Positions 34,615-43,383 are shown, counted from the first letter of the stretch. The stretch: DNA of 64,000 bases from a virus (IMGVR_UViG_2802429224_000004:1-64000), one strand, 5' to 3'. Program-made: numbers and translations. The notes: generated from the letters alone by a model not told the origin.

Positions 34615-35592
34615 TCAAGCCTTAAGAGGCTTTGTGTATGTTCGTGTAATCCAACCAGTAATAAACTCATCCCCTGATTTAACCTGCACGTAAAGCCATT
34701 GACGATCTTTCTTATCTAAAATAGCAACAATTGTGTTTTTGCCAATGCATTCAATCACTTCACTATTTAAAGAAGGGCTGACATGTAATCTTACGTTATC
34801 ACCAGTTATAAACCTAAAACCATTGAGATCTTCCCACTTAATTTCTGTGTTTTCTTTAATTAATTTTTGTTTTGAAATTGGTGCATCCTCATATAGGGAT
34901 ACAGAATATGATTCTGTCTTGTGTATTTGCGATAAGATTTGTTCTTTTGCATAATCAGCAATGGCACCAAGCAACACTTCTGTTAAAAACCACATAATAA
35001 TAAACTGAAGCGGGTGAGGGAGCGCCTTAAATGAGTCAATAAACGTCGAACTGGATTTATTTAATCCTTTGTCTTGAACATCACTTTCGTTGTGAGATGT
35101 TTCAATAGCACCTTCAACATAAGCCTGTGCAATTGATGAAAGACCTTGCTCCATTGTTCTATTAAATAGAGATGTCTTTTTTTCAATATATTGATTTTCT
35201 TGTTTTTTTATAATATCTTTTGTTAAATCATCGTAAGTTATATATTCTCGTAAATTTTTAAGTGTAGCCTCCATACTTTCCAAGCCAGCTTGTTTATTAA
35301 AAACTACTATCTGGCTTTGTAATGACAAAGATTTTTCCGACTGTTTCTGAAAATTTTCAACATACTTACGGAAAAGATGGTTTATCTCATTCGTTTTTAG
35401 TGATGTGTTAAATTTTTTTTGAAGATAATTATCTAATATTTTTTGAGATGTTTTTTCCAAAACTATATGCAATAGATTTTGTTGCAAAAAATCAAGCGGG
35501 GTAGTAAGACCACCCAAACTCACTGATTTTGCTAAATTACTTAACTCGTTATATTTGGAGCTATTAATACTTGCCATCTTATTCGCCATCAT
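34615..35592 (-). CDS. membrane protein with C-terminal SH3b-like domain (accessory)
   Basis: 325 aa; very AT-rich coding sequence; coiled-coil-like N-terminal region, one TM helix (FIIMWFLTEVLLGAIADYA), C-terminal SH3b-like fold (VRLHVSPSLNSEVIECIGKNTIVAILDKKDRQWLYVQVKSGDEFITGWITRTY); 14-nt overlap with upstream gene. Confidence 0.5.
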   Translation of the reverse strand: MMANKMASINSSKYNELSNLAKSVSLGGLTTPLDFLQQNLLHIVLEKTSQKILDNYLQKKFNTSLKTNEINHLFRKYVENFQKQSEKSLSLQSQIVVFNKQAGLESMEATLKNLREYITYDDLTKDIIKKQENQYIEKKTSLFNRTMEQGLSSIAQAYVEGAIETSHNESDVQDKGLNKSSSTFIDSFKALPHPLQFIIMWFLTEVLLGAIADYAKEQILSQIHKTESYSVSLYEDAPISKQKLIKENTEIKWEDLNGFRFITGDNVRLHVSPSLNSEVIECIGKNTIVAILDKKDRQWLYVQVKSGDEFITGWITRTYTKPLKA

Positions 35593-36085
35593 ATTGTTTT
35601 AAACACCCGTCTTTTTTAGCTTCCTTGTAAATACTTGAAATACCATTAAGAGAGAATGATGTGATTCGACGCGATCCGATATATACATCCATGTTTTTTT
35701 CTTTTGTGGCTGACGCTGACTTCCAAAAAGAATACCATTCCCTACGATTTGGAGCAGTGTTTTGCGTACCAATATTAAAGCTATCCGGACCAACAATTAA
35801 GGTAATTACATCAGCTTTACGAGAAATTGTGTCGCGTGTAGAAAAATCAGCATTCTCTTTCCCTCCACTTACATACAAATTTCTTCCAGCGATATGATCT
35901 TCGGAACCTTCCCTTGCTCCAGCATCACAAGAAAAGTTAATTGTATAACCATCGTCATTGGTTGCAGAGATTTCTCTCCACCCTTGCTCACCTCCTACCG
36001 TCCAAACGGTAGAACCTGCCATTGCTGATAATGGCAGAAAAGAGGACATTAATAAAAAGCTATACAATGACTTATACAATTTCAT
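35579..36085 (-). CDS. secreted/periplasmic protein (accessory)
   Basis: 168 aa; N-terminal signal peptide MKLYKSLYSFLLMSSFLPLSAMA|GS. Confidence 0.5.
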   Translation of the reverse strand: MKLYKSLYSFLLMSSFLPLSAMAGSTVWTVGGEQGWREISATNDDGYTINFSCDAGAREGSEDHIAGRNLYVSGGKENADFSTRDTISRKADVITLIVGPDSFNIGTQNTAPNRREWYSFWKSASATKEKNMDVYIGSRRITSFSLNGISSIYKEAKKDGCLKQYDGE

Positions 36086-36173
36086 ATTTTTATCCTTTTG
36101 TTTTTAGATATTATAGGCATAGTCCATATTGTTAGATCCACTATGCCCAGAGAATTTAATATTATTTATTAAA

Positions 36174-36665
36174 TTATGGAGCTACACCCGGCCCCCTAGC
36201 TCGTTCTTCAAGCGTACCCTGCACGTTTTGATGGCGCATTCCCGGGGCGTTTCTGATTGAATCAATGCCATTTCTTCCAACGTCTTCTTTATTAACGGCA
36301 TTGCTCGCCACCAGAACGCCCCAGCTAGGGATAGCAAAATCAGGAGCGGTTTCGCATGCCTTTACCATATAATCGAAAGTGCTTCGATTGATCTCATTTG
36401 CGTCTGGATTTAACAGGCGAGAATATTGATATTTAGCATTTTCGTTGGTTGCGACTTTATACAGTTCTTGCTGCACCATCGCTTCAGAAAGTTTAAGACG
36501 TTTCATGTCTGAAAGTAACTTCTTGCGCATGGATTCGTCTTGGCTGACAGCAAAGCCGTAAACGTGCCCAAGGTATTTCGTGTAGTCGGTACAAATCGCC
36601 TTTACACTTGATGCTGCATTAACAGTCCCAGCCATAAATAATAACGGTAGTAATAGTTTTCTCAT
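36174..36665 (-). CDS. secreted/periplasmic protein with Sit-like C-terminal peptide (accessory)
   Basis: 163 aa; signal peptide MRKLLLPLLFMAGTVNA|AS; last ~25 aa (NAPGMRHQNVQGTLEERARGPG) and their DNA are homologous to an internal segment of sit (~29430-29520); gaggt RBS. Confidence 0.5.
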   Translation of the reverse strand: MRKLLLPLLFMAGTVNAASSVKAICTDYTKYLGHVYGFAVSQDESMRKKLLSDMKRLKLSEAMVQQELYKVATNENAKYQYSRLLNPDANEINRSTFDYMVKACETAPDFAIPSWGVLVASNAVNKEDVGRNGIDSIRNAPGMRHQNVQGTLEERARGPGVAP

Positions 36666-36761
36666 TATAACCTCACCTGCCTTTTAACTCATTTAGGGTA
36701 CATATTTTCGCCTTTAAAAAAAAGAGGTTATTAGATCCAGTTGTGTATTTATTAAACAGTA

Positions 36762-36778
36762 AGTGCTCTAATAAATTT
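36762..36778. promoter_or_regulatory. C1 repressor operator (Op51-like) of immI
   Basis: AGTGCTCTAATAAATTT, 16/17 to consensus; between accessory operon and icd/ant. Confidence 0.6.
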
Positions 36779-36959
36779 GTATTTTTAAGTCGCGAATGCT
36801 ATCTTTTCGCATCATATTGACCTTTTAATCGTTCAGGCTTATAGTTCCCGCCGTCGTAGCAAATTCTGCGACCGGGTTTAGCAGCCTGAATACTTACGCG
36901 GACAACCGCAGATTTCCGATATTGCGGTATTTTTGTGTCCGTAAACCACGTTACGCCCG

Positions 36960-37085
36960 AATTATGGTGGGGCGTGATGGGGAGGCTTCGGCCTGCTGGT
37001 TTCGTAAGTGCCAGTCTGCTAACCCCGTCACGTCCTGCCACCTGTTTAGCAGCGGGTCGCAGGTTGTTTATCAACTTACGAGGCC
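36960..37085 (+). ncRNA. candidate c4-like antisense RNA region (boundaries undetermined)
   Basis: Non-coding, structured region between the operator and icd containing stem-loops (aggcttcggcct UUCG tetraloop; ctgctaa...ttagcag); called by position relative to icd/ant only. Confidence 0.2.
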
Positions 37086-37091
37086 GTAACT

Positions 37092-37313
37092 ATGGTTAAT
37101 GCCAATCCTTGCGCACGCCCAGAATTCATCTGGCGTTTCTATTCCTGTAAAAAACACCACTATCACTTCGTTATCGCAGCAACAGAAGACGAAGCACGCT
37201 CTCAATTGCCTGACGGCCCCTGCATTTTTACTGCCCGTTTTTCAACTAACTCGCGCAATTCACTTAGTTACTGGAACCTCCCCTTCTCTGCCGACGTTCA
37301 GGGGGGTTTATGA
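37092..37313 (+). CDS. icd: Icd-like small protein
   Basis: 73-aa ORF whose stop overlaps the ant start (ATGA); position and length as remembered for P1 icd. Confidence 0.45.
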   Translation: MVNANPCARPEFIWRFYSCKKHHYHFVIAATEDEARSQLPDGPCIFTARFSTNSRNSLSYWNLPFSADVQGGL

Positions 37314-38356
37314 AAAAACCTCTCGTCACCCGTAATGAAATAGCCGAAGCGATCGCCCTGCATACAACCTGTATGCCGACACGGGAGATCCCCGGCGCAA
37401 TTGCCAACTATTTCATGATAACCAGGCGTTTTTATACCCGAACAGATAAGGCTGTGATCAACAGGCTACTGATAGCCGAGATCAGGGATTATTTGATTAA
37501 ACAAGGACGTCTACGTTACGCAACGGTGGCAGCAGAAATGAGAAAGGAGGCGCGCAGAATGACCGGTAATAATTTGAATGTTGAAAAACCAGCACCTGTT
37601 GCTTCAGCTACGCCATCACCAACTGTGAATGTTATCTCCAACACTGGAGACACAATCGACAGCCAGACACTGTTAAAGATGGTCAATGAAGCGCGTAAGT
37701 TATGTGGGGAACCAGAGGTTCGGAACAACAAATTCATCGAAAAAATACTCGACGAATTAGAAGGTGAGGACGGTTACACAAAAAGTGCAACCGTGCCGCC
37801 AGGTGGCGGTACGCCTATGGTTGTCATAACCATGACCTACAAACAAGCCCTGCGAGTCGCCGCGCGCGAGTCAAAAGCGGTCCGCCGTTCGCTGATCGAC
37901 AAACTGGAAGAATTGCAGCAGGCAAACTCCCCTACCCCATCGATCCCCCAAACATTACCAGAAGCCCTACGCCTGGCTGCCGAGTTAGCAGAACAGAAAA
38001 TGCAGTTGGAACAACAGCTGGTGGCCGCAGCCCCTAAAGTCGATTTTGCCGACCGGGTATCAGTGGCCAATGGAATCCTGATCGGGAACTTTGCAAAGGT
38101 CGTTGGACTTAAGCAAAACGCCCTTTTCTCATGGTTGCGCCAGAACGGCATTCTCATGGCTTTTGGAGCGCGCAAAAACGTACCGCGCCAACAGTACATC
38201 AACGCCGGGTATTTCACGGTGAAAGAAGTGGTGCTGGATGATGAAAATGGCTACCAGATACGGCTGACGCCCCAATTAACGGGTAAAGGCCAGCAGTGGT
38301 TAACTCGCAAGCTACTTGATGCTGGTTTGTTAAAACCAGTGGCGTCCTTGTCTTAA
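37310..38356 (+). CDS. ant: antirepressor Ant
   Basis: 348 aa; C-terminal ~130 aa form the antirepressor domain shared with the kilA product (PQTLPEALRLAAELAEQK ... TGKGQQWL ... LLDAG). Confidence 0.7.
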   Translation: MKKPLVTRNEIAEAIALHTTCMPTREIPGAIANYFMITRRFYTRTDKAVINRLLIAEIRDYLIKQGRLRYATVAAEMRKEARRMTGNNLNVEKPAPVASATPSPTVNVISNTGDTIDSQTLLKMVNEARKLCGEPEVRNNKFIEKILDELEGEDGYTKSATVPPGGGTPMVVITMTYKQALRVAARESKAVRRSLIDKLEELQQANSPTPSIPQTLPEALRLAAELAEQKMQLEQQLVAAAPKVDFADRVSVANGILIGNFAKVVGLKQNALFSWLRQNGILMAFGARKNVPRQQYINAGYFTVKEVVLDDENGYQIRLTPQLTGKGQQWLTRKLLDAGLLKPVASLS

Positions 38357-38764
38357 CGTATTCAGACCAGGATTTGCCATAAATTACAGGCATGTGTACG
38401 ATATGCCCAACCCTGTTTTTCAGGGGAGGCGCAACGTTATGCGGGGGTTATGAACTCCTGGATGCGTAGCCTCCAGACAGAAAAAACCCTCGCTACAACG
38501 TTGCATGGAGGCAACCAGCGAGGGCATTCCTTATGTCTGATCAACAAGAGGATAGCCGCAAGCAGTTGCTGTTGCAAGTGTGCGGATCTTCGTAATGACT
38601 CTTCAAAAAGCTTGCAAGTGGATTGTGACCAACATCATTGTTCCTGTCATCATCGGGGCTTCAAGTTCTGTGTTGGCATCAGTGATTGCCTCACTTCTCC
38701 ACATTGCATAACAACATTGAAGGGCGTTAGTTCGCAGTGTAACAGCAGCGCGTTGCGCCCGAAC

Positions 38765-38800
38765 AGGCCACAGGGTAAAACCTGTGGCCTTTTTCGTTTT
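38765..38800 (+). terminator. rho-independent terminator after ant
   Basis: hairpin aggccacagggtaaaacctgtggcct followed by TTTTT. Confidence 0.55.
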
Positions 38801-38909
38801 AGCCAGCCACAAATCCACATTGAAAAACGCCTTATACAAAAAAACCTGCCAGCGAACTGGCAGGTTTCTGAGCAGATCGACCAACCCGATCTGGATCGGA
38901 TTGGAAAAA

Positions 38910-38926
38910 TTTGCTCTAATAAATTT
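38910..38926. promoter_or_regulatory. C1 repressor operator (Op53-like) upstream of kilA-repL
   Basis: TTTGCTCTAATAAATTT, 16/17 to consensus, 70 nt before kilA. Confidence 0.6.
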
Positions 38927-38995
38927 TGTTTTCTTAGTGCAAAGAATCACCATTTCGAGCTGGTGATTGAAGGTTGATGCAAACTTGGAGAAAAA

Positions 38996-39796
38996 ATGCA
39001 ACAAACATTCAATGCGGATATGAATATATCAAACCTTCATCAAAATGTCGATCCTTCAACCACTCTGCCTGTTATTTGTGGTGTTGAAATTACGACCGAC
39101 CGCGCTGGCCGTTACAACCTTAATGCTCTACACAGAGCGAGCGGACTCGGTGCCCATAAAGCGCCAGCTCAATGGCTAAGAACGCTGTCAGCCAAACAGC
39201 TCATCGAAGAGCTTGAAAAAGAAACTATGCAGAATTGCATAGTTTCGTTCGAAGGCCGTGGCGGCGGCACTTTTGCCCATGAATTGCTCGCTGTGGAGTA
39301 CGCAGGCTGTATTTCTCCCGCGTTTCGGCTGAAGGTAAACCAGACATTTATCGACTATCGAGCCGGAAGATTACAACCTGCTATTCCGCAGAGTCTCCCT
39401 GAAGCTCTCCGTTTGGCTGCCGACCTGGCAGAGCAAAAGCAACGGCAGGAGCAAAAAATGCTTATGGATGCACCTAAAGTCGAATTCGCCGAACGCGTTG
39501 CTACCGCCAGCGGGGTTCTAATCGGCAACTATGCCAAAGTGCTCGGCCTGGGACAAAACTATCTCTTCACCTGGTTGCGTGATAACGGAATTCTGATCGC
39601 AACCGGTGAACGCAGGAACGTCCCCAAACAAGAATACATATCCCGTGGGTACTTCACCCTCAAAGAAACCGTGATCGATACAAGCAACGGAAGCAGGATT
39701 TCTTTCACGACTCGTATAACCGGCAAAGGTCAGCAGTGGCTAATGAAGCGATTGCTTGATGCTGGTGTGCTGGTACCTGTCGCGGCTACGCGCTAA
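38996..39796 (+). CDS. kilA: KilA (KilA-N domain + antirepressor C-terminal domain)
   Basis: 266 aa; N-terminal KilA-N-like region; C-terminal domain paralogous to Ant C-terminus. Confidence 0.7.
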   Translation: MQQTFNADMNISNLHQNVDPSTTLPVICGVEITTDRAGRYNLNALHRASGLGAHKAPAQWLRTLSAKQLIEELEKETMQNCIVSFEGRGGGTFAHELLAVEYAGCISPAFRLKVNQTFIDYRAGRLQPAIPQSLPEALRLAADLAEQKQRQEQKMLMDAPKVEFAERVATASGVLIGNYAKVLGLGQNYLFTWLRDNGILIATGERRNVPKQEYISRGYFTLKETVIDTSNGSRISFTTRITGKGQQWLMKRLLDAGVLVPVAATR

Positions 39797-39825
39797 CAGA
39801 CGTAGTAAGAACCACCAGCATTGTA

Positions 39826-40671
39826 ATGCTGGCTAAAGTCACTTTCCTGAGCTGTATAACGATGAGCGATTTTACTTTTTCTGGCTATGAATTGGCCTGC
39901 TTTGTAACACACTCCGGTCTATCCCGTAGCGCCGGGCATATCCTGTCGCAATGTGCAAATCTTGCGGCAACAACCAGTGAATACTTCATTCACAAGCCTC
40001 ACCGCATGATCGCGGCAGAAACTGGTTATAGCCAATCAACCGTCGTTCGCGCATTCCGTGAAGCTGTAAACAAAGGAATCCTGTCGGTAGAGATTGTTAT
40101 CGGCGATCACCGTGAACGCCGCGCTAACCTGTACCGGTTTACACCATCCTTTTTAGCCTTTGCTCAACAAGCCAAAAATGCGCTAATTGAAAGCAAATTA
40201 AAGATCTCTTCAGCCGCAACCAAGGTTAAAGCTGTTCTCGCTAAAGCATTGGCTTTATTTGATTTTTTATCCACACCCCCATGTCAAAATGATACCCCCT
40301 CCCCCTGTCAGGATGACGTGGCAATAAAGAATAAGAAGTCACAATTTAAAAAAACAAAAAGATCAGTTTCCGGCGCTGCCGGAACGACCAAACTCAAAAA
40401 ATTGACTTCATGGATCGCTGGGGCAAAAGCAAAGGCCGACAATCTGCGTTTATCCAAAAAACGCGCTCAAAAACATGAGTTCCAGCAGAAAGTTGAGGCA
40501 GCGGCCCGGAAATATGCTTACCTGAAGAGCAAGCGTTCTCCTGATATTGGCGGGATATCAAACTTCGATAATCTGCCGCATTGCATGACGGTAAACGAAG
40601 CTCTTAATGCGGTTTTAGCCAAAAATAACGATAACGAACAATGGGGTATACCGGCAGGATTCAGAGGGTGA
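39826..40671 (+). CDS. repL: RepL-like lytic replication initiator
   Basis: 281 aa, HTH-like segment, immediately after kilA as remembered for P1. Confidence 0.6.
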   Translation: MLAKVTFLSCITMSDFTFSGYELACFVTHSGLSRSAGHILSQCANLAATTSEYFIHKPHRMIAAETGYSQSTVVRAFREAVNKGILSVEIVIGDHRERRANLYRFTPSFLAFAQQAKNALIESKLKISSAATKVKAVLAKALALFDFLSTPPCQNDTPSPCQDDVAIKNKKSQFKKTKRSVSGAAGTTKLKKLTSWIAGAKAKADNLRLSKKRAQKHEFQQKVEAAARKYAYLKSKRSPDIGGISNFDNLPHCMTVNEALNAVLAKNNDNEQWGIPAGFRG

Positions 40672-40721
40672 TAAATTGCTCTAATCTGGGGTCACCTGGC
40701 GTTTTCAGTTTGAGGTCGGAG

Positions 40722-40967
40722 ATGCAATCTGATTTTTTACAGTTAGCGATCGCTTTTGCCGTATATGTTTGCATTGGCTTCTGTGTATGCATGATCAGCC
40801 GAAAAATGCTTGTCGATATCGACCGCAAAGAACGAGCAGAGGAAATCTTAGTATGGATTTTCTTTGGCGCGGTCTGGCCATTAGGGATCATGTTTGCTGC
40901 AACGTTTCTTCTGATGTGGATATTCACCCTTCCTGGTGATTTCTATAGAAAAAAAGCCAGACATTGA
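40722..40967 (+). CDS. small membrane protein
   Basis: 81 aa from ATG 40722 with gaggtcgga RBS; two hydrophobic helices. Confidence 0.4.
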   Translation: MQSDFLQLAIAFAVYVCIGFCVCMISRKMLVDIDRKERAEEILVWIFFGAVWPLGIMFAATFLLMWIFTLPGDFYRKKARH

Positions 40968-41090
40968 TACAATCGCTGCGGGTGCTTGAGGCTATCTGCT
41001 TCAGGCATTACCCGAAAAGCAGATAGAAGAAAGCCCCAGATAACATTACGCGTCCGGCAAGACGCTTAACATTAATCTGAGGCCACATCT

Positions 41091-41297
41091 ATGCTTAACA
41101 TACGTAGATTAGCCTCTTACCGACCAAAAGGTCAAGGAGAAGCAGGCTATGAAGCAGCAAAAGGCGATGTTAATCGCCCTGATCGTCATCTGTTTAACCG
41201 TCATTGTGACGGCACTGGTAACGAGGAAAGACCTCTGCGAGGTACGAATCCGAACCGGACAGACGGAGGTCACTGTCTTCACAGCCTACGAATCTGA
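41091..41297 (+). CDS. mok-like overlapping reading frame of hok locus
   Basis: 68-aa ORF in +1 frame overlapping almost all of the hok-like gene, as in hok/mok/sok loci. Confidence 0.35.
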   Translation: MLNIRRLASYRPKGQGEAGYEAAKGDVNRPDRHLFNRHCDGTGNEERPLRGTNPNRTDGGHCLHSLRI

Positions 41298-41304
41298 AAG
41301 GTAA
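41149..41304 (+). CDS. hok: Hok/Gef-family type I toxin
   Basis: 51 aa MKQQKAMLIALIVICLTVIVTALVTRKDLCEVRIRTGQTEVTVFTAYESER; close match to R1 Hok core ([26 protein letters not shown]); GC hairpin ggcggggagagatccccgcc downstream. Confidence 0.75.
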   Translation: MKQQKAMLIALIVICLTVIVTALVTRKDLCEVRIRTGQTEVTVFTAYESER

Positions 41305-41375
41305 GAGACCTGGCGGGGAGAGATCCCCGCCACTCTTCGTGTGTCAGGTATCCTCAATGCACCCTTTCCTCTCCA

Positions 41376-41402
41376 AATAAAAAAGCTCCCGAAGGAGCTT
41401 TA
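41376..41402 (-). terminator. rho-independent terminator after minus-strand structural operon
   Basis: hairpin aagctcccgaaggagctt with A-run on plus strand (T-run on minus). Confidence 0.5.
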
Positions 41403-41420
41403 AAATACAAGGGATGACTC

Positions 41421-41930
41421 TTAATCCCAGTCAATCCAGTTGTAGACGATACGAAGTGACGGGCGCACAGCGGCAGTCACATCTTCGGTACCAAAGTCGA
41501 TTGCATCACTGTAGATTTTGCAGTCCAACATTTCAATTGTTGTAGCAGCTTTTGTCACAGCGTTAACCCCGGAAGATTTGGATTCAGGGGTCGCAGCCAT
41601 CGTGATATCAACATAGTCCTTCGCCGCAATGCGATCTTTAATGAACTGAAGAATATCTCCTTCGATAGTCTCCACGCACTGAACCTGGATTTCCCCGGAG
41701 TTACGGATTGGGCCGTGCTGGTTGAACTTCACACCATTCGGACCATAGTCTTCCACATCCTCGCGGGTCATTTCAGGGATTTGCGACGTGCGAACCAATA
41801 CGCTGATATCTTCATAGCCTGCAAAAGTGAGCTGGAATTCAGAAGATACCAGTCGTTCGCCTTTGGCCGCGTTGGCAGTATAGCGGCCCTTAATAAATTT
41901 ACGGTTTCCCTTAGTGTTATTGTGTCCCAT
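41421..41930 (-). CDS. virion structural protein (tail tube-like)
   Basis: 169 aa downstream of sheath-like gene; synteny. Confidence 0.35.
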   Translation of the reverse strand: MGHNNTKGNRKFIKGRYTANAAKGERLVSSEFQLTFAGYEDISVLVRTSQIPEMTREDVEDYGPNGVKFNQHGPIRNSGEIQVQCVETIEGDILQFIKDRIAAKDYVDITMAATPESKSSGVNAVTKAATTIEMLDCKIYSDAIDFGTEDVTAAVRPSLRIVYNWIDWD

Positions 41931-41941
41931 ATAAAATCCTT

Positions 41942-42523
41942 TTACTGGAACGCCCGAACAATATCGGAGCTGTTATATATCGATGAACCGGTCAACTGGA
42001 GGTTGACGGTGTTTTTCAGGAAATGCCCATTACTATCCCTAGGGGCATCGAGATCGAAACTTAGGTCCTGGATAGCAACATCAATGATGTTGATTCGACG
42101 GCCAATGTTTAGCGTCACCCGCTCCGGGATTCGACCACCAATACTGGCGTCTTTAAGTTCCGGGCTAATCATTGCTGACAACGCGGCGATAGCACCTGAA
42201 ACTTCCGTATATGGGTCAAACAAAGCGATGAAAGTTACTGGCAGCGTGAAAGTCGGCGGTGTTCCCCCTTCCCAAACCATTAAGCTGTTCCAACGGGCAA
42301 CAGACGTTGTTTCAGTACCAACCTGCGCAAAACCACCCAGAGCACCAGAAACAGATCCCATGGACATACCGGTAAACGGCGCTTCCCAATTCTGGGCCAT
42401 GTTCATTGCCGCTCCCTGGCTGATATATCCGGTAACCTGGTACTGAGAGTTCGTTAAAGTAACTTTCAGATATGGCGATACACCGTCAGCCTGGCTGTAA
42501 ACCCCATAAGCTATAGGAGCCAT
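41942..42523 (-). CDS. virion structural protein
   Basis: 193 aa; synteny. Confidence 0.35.
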   Translation of the reverse strand: MAPIAYGVYSQADGVSPYLKVTLTNSQYQVTGYISQGAAMNMAQNWEAPFTGMSMGSVSGALGGFAQVGTETTSVARWNSLMVWEGGTPPTFTLPVTFIALFDPYTEVSGAIAALSAMISPELKDASIGGRIPERVTLNIGRRINIIDVAIQDLSFDLDAPRDSNGHFLKNTVNLQLTGSSIYNSSDIVRAFQ

Positions 42524-42558
42524 TCAAGTTAAAGGCCGGAGTTCTCCGGCCTCCTCCT

Positions 42559-43374
42559 TTAGCCAAGGCGCTTACGGCGCAGTTTCATTGACTTTTTGCG
42601 GGCAAGTTTTGCCGCGCCGGTCTGGGCTTTTCGACGAGCTTTTTTCAGCGCCGATTTTTGAGCCGCAGTCAGACGTTTTTTACGCAGGCGTTTACGGATG
42701 AGTTTGATCTCACCGTTACGAACAACCTTCTTAAATGCTTCAGTCAGCATTTCATCAGAAGTGCCAGCAACAACAAACGCCGCTTCCAGTTCGTCGCGGT
42801 CGTCGCTATCTAAACCAGCGATAGAGGCACCAACATCAGCAGCTGCGTCGTCGTCCTCATCGTCAGCCAGTGCTTCGATCAGGTCATCATCTACACCGCA
42901 TGCTGCGAGGAAGTCAGCAACATTTGCCCATGCTTCGTTATAGGCATCGTCCTGTTCTTCTGTAACTTCGGAGTCGTCGTCATCAGAGATACCAGCGATA
43001 GCCTGAACGAAACCATCAAGGGAGTCGAAAGTCAGATCACCGCTATCAGCCCAGGCGAAAACGGCGTCGGCCGCATCACTCAACGCATTCTGCATAGCAC
43101 TTCGATTTGCAGCTTCCAGAATCATCTGGTGCGCCTGTTCGACGGTCCATTCTTTACCGTCTTTCCCTTCCAGGATTTGCTCAGGAGCCGGGTCAGATGA
43201 AACGTCCTCGTTAATCTGTGCCTCAGGTTCCGGATTATTATTAATAACCGGATCGGTTGGCGGTTGGGCACTTGCTCGGGCAGACTCCATCAGTTGCACA
43301 GGATCAGCGTTCAAAGCGAAACGGGACAGTCCATTCCCTAAAAATGCCCCGGATTGAAAAAAGTTTTTGCTCAT
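42559..43374 (-). CDS. acidic protein with strongly basic C-terminal tail
   Basis: 271 aa; long Asp/Glu-rich middle, C-terminal KRLRKKRLTAAQKSALKKARRKAQ...RRKRLG. Confidence 0.35.
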   Translation of the reverse strand: MSKNFFQSGAFLGNGLSRFALNADPVQLMESARASAQPPTDPVINNNPEPEAQINEDVSSDPAPEQILEGKDGKEWTVEQAHQMILEAANRSAMQNALSDAADAVFAWADSGDLTFDSLDGFVQAIAGISDDDDSEVTEEQDDAYNEAWANVADFLAACGVDDDLIEALADDEDDDAAADVGASIAGLDSDDRDELEAAFVVAGTSDEMLTEAFKKVVRNGEIKLIRKRLRKKRLTAAQKSALKKARRKAQTGAAKLARKKSMKLRRKRLG

Positions 43375-43383
43375 TGTATTCCC

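Noticed and set aside
36799-37074. 91-aa minus-strand ORF overlapping the immI operator/c4 region
   Set aside because: Overlaps the non-coding regulatory region and runs antisense to the expected c4 transcript; no RBS.
38450-39004. 175-aa plus and 133-aa minus ORFs in the ant-kilA spacer
   Set aside because: They span two intrinsic terminators and the kilA operator; Cys/His-rich low-complexity translation; judged non-coding.
40673-40689. Weak C1-operator-like site (ATTGCTCTAATctgg) after repL
   Set aside because: Only the 5' 11 nt match the consensus; kept as a note, not a feature.
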